Below are positions 23,506-24,000 of a stretch of 24,000 bases of DNA, piece by piece. The translations under genes were made by a program, and so were the position numbers. The stretch spans positions 84,711 to 108,710 of the forward strand of contig PWFH01000026.1 of NCBI GenBank assembly GCA_003553795.1, given 5' to 3'. The stretch comes from Egibacter sp. Its GTDB lineage: Bacteria; Actinomycetota; Nitriliruptoria; Euzebyales; Egibacteraceae. Every line of letters begins with the position of its first letter. The stretch's first letter is position 1. The notes below the pieces were generated by a model that saw only the letters and a list, made by a program, of their open reading frames with translations, was not told where the DNA came from and did not search any database.

Positions 23506-24000
23506 CTATTCGACGCCCGCCTCGGCGGCGCCCTCGATCTGGGCGCGCACCGCCTCGGCGCCGGGGTCGCCGATGCCGTGCTCACCCTCGCTCCAGGAGG
23601 AGGGGTAGACGATCGGCGCGAGGCAGTCGACGTGCTCGGTCATGGCCGGGACGTCCTGGCCGATCTCGGTCGGGCGGTCCGCCGCGACGCCGTAGACCGA
23701 GGCGCCGTGCCCGACACCGGTGGGTTCGAGCGCCGCGGCGGCCTCACCGAGGAAGCCTGCGATGGCCTCCTCCGGGGTGCCCTCGAGCCCCTCGAGGACG
23801 AGGTCGTCGAGGGGGGTGTCGCGCCGGTGGACCGCCCCCCAGAGGACGTCGTCGACGCCCGCCTCGGCGGCCTCGACGGCGAGTGCGAGGTTGTAGTCGC
23901 GGACCTCGGCGTCGACGAAGCTCGTGAAGCCGCCGAACCCGCTCGTCCGCGGTGCGCCCTCGGCGGACCCGACGACGGCGTGGCGGCGCTCGTGCTCCAC
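23506..24000 (-). CDS. C-terminal part of a DUF4015-like putative glycoside hydrolase (truncated by the window edge)
   Basis: The frame is open to the right edge. [19 protein letters not shown]...GASVYGVAA...[24 protein letters not shown] resembles the DUF4015 pattern I recall (FG...GQ...YVDYISPMVYPSHW). Only 164 aa are visible. Confidence 0.45.
   Translation of the reverse strand: MEHERRHAVVGSAEGAPRTSGFGGFTSFVDAEVRDYNLALAVEAAEAGVDDVLWGAVHRRDTPLDDLVLEGLEGTPEEAIAGFLGEAAAALEPTGVGHGASVYGVAADRPTEIGQDVPAMTEHVDCLAPIVYPSSWSEGEHGIGDPGAEAVRAQIEGAAEAGVE

Overview
High-GC (roughly 70-75% by eye) chromosomal segment with clear Actinomycetota synteny. All protein calls come from reading the supplied translations for family motifs from memory; no database search was run. 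The left 13.4 kb is a dense housekeeping block: recA tail, recX, a small membrane protein, rny, a divergent small membrane protein, then a start/stop-overlapping chain miaB / Ala-rich hypothetical / miaA / dapF / hflX. This is followed by lexA, an SOS-controlled ChiZ-like LysM gene, nrdR and a class II (B12-dependent) ribonucleotide reductase, nrdJ. The lexA-lysM intergenic region carries three actinobacterial SOS boxes placed on two divergent promoters. The nrdR-nrdJ divergent region carries NrdR-box candidates and a phased array of GTCCAC (DnaA-box-like) motifs. The most unusual part starts after nrdJ. A 1.17-kb stretch has no convincing ORF but contains 22-nt tandem repeats, competing hairpins and a recurring CCGCAGGG motif. 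It leads into a canonical heliorhodopsin gene with the Schiff-base Lys, counter-ion Glu and both His motifs present. Downstream are an SDR, an apparently exported SagB-type flavoprotein, an acyltransferase-3 membrane protein and a TlpA/CcdA thiol-reductant export pair. The window ends with pgi, a large L,D-transpeptidase and a partial DUF4015-like gene. DapF appears to carry Ser in place of its second catalytic Cys. No tRNA, rRNA, CRISPR array, transposase or recognisable defence system was seen. Many long ORFs in the track are alternative-frame or antisense shadows typical of high-GC DNA and were not called.
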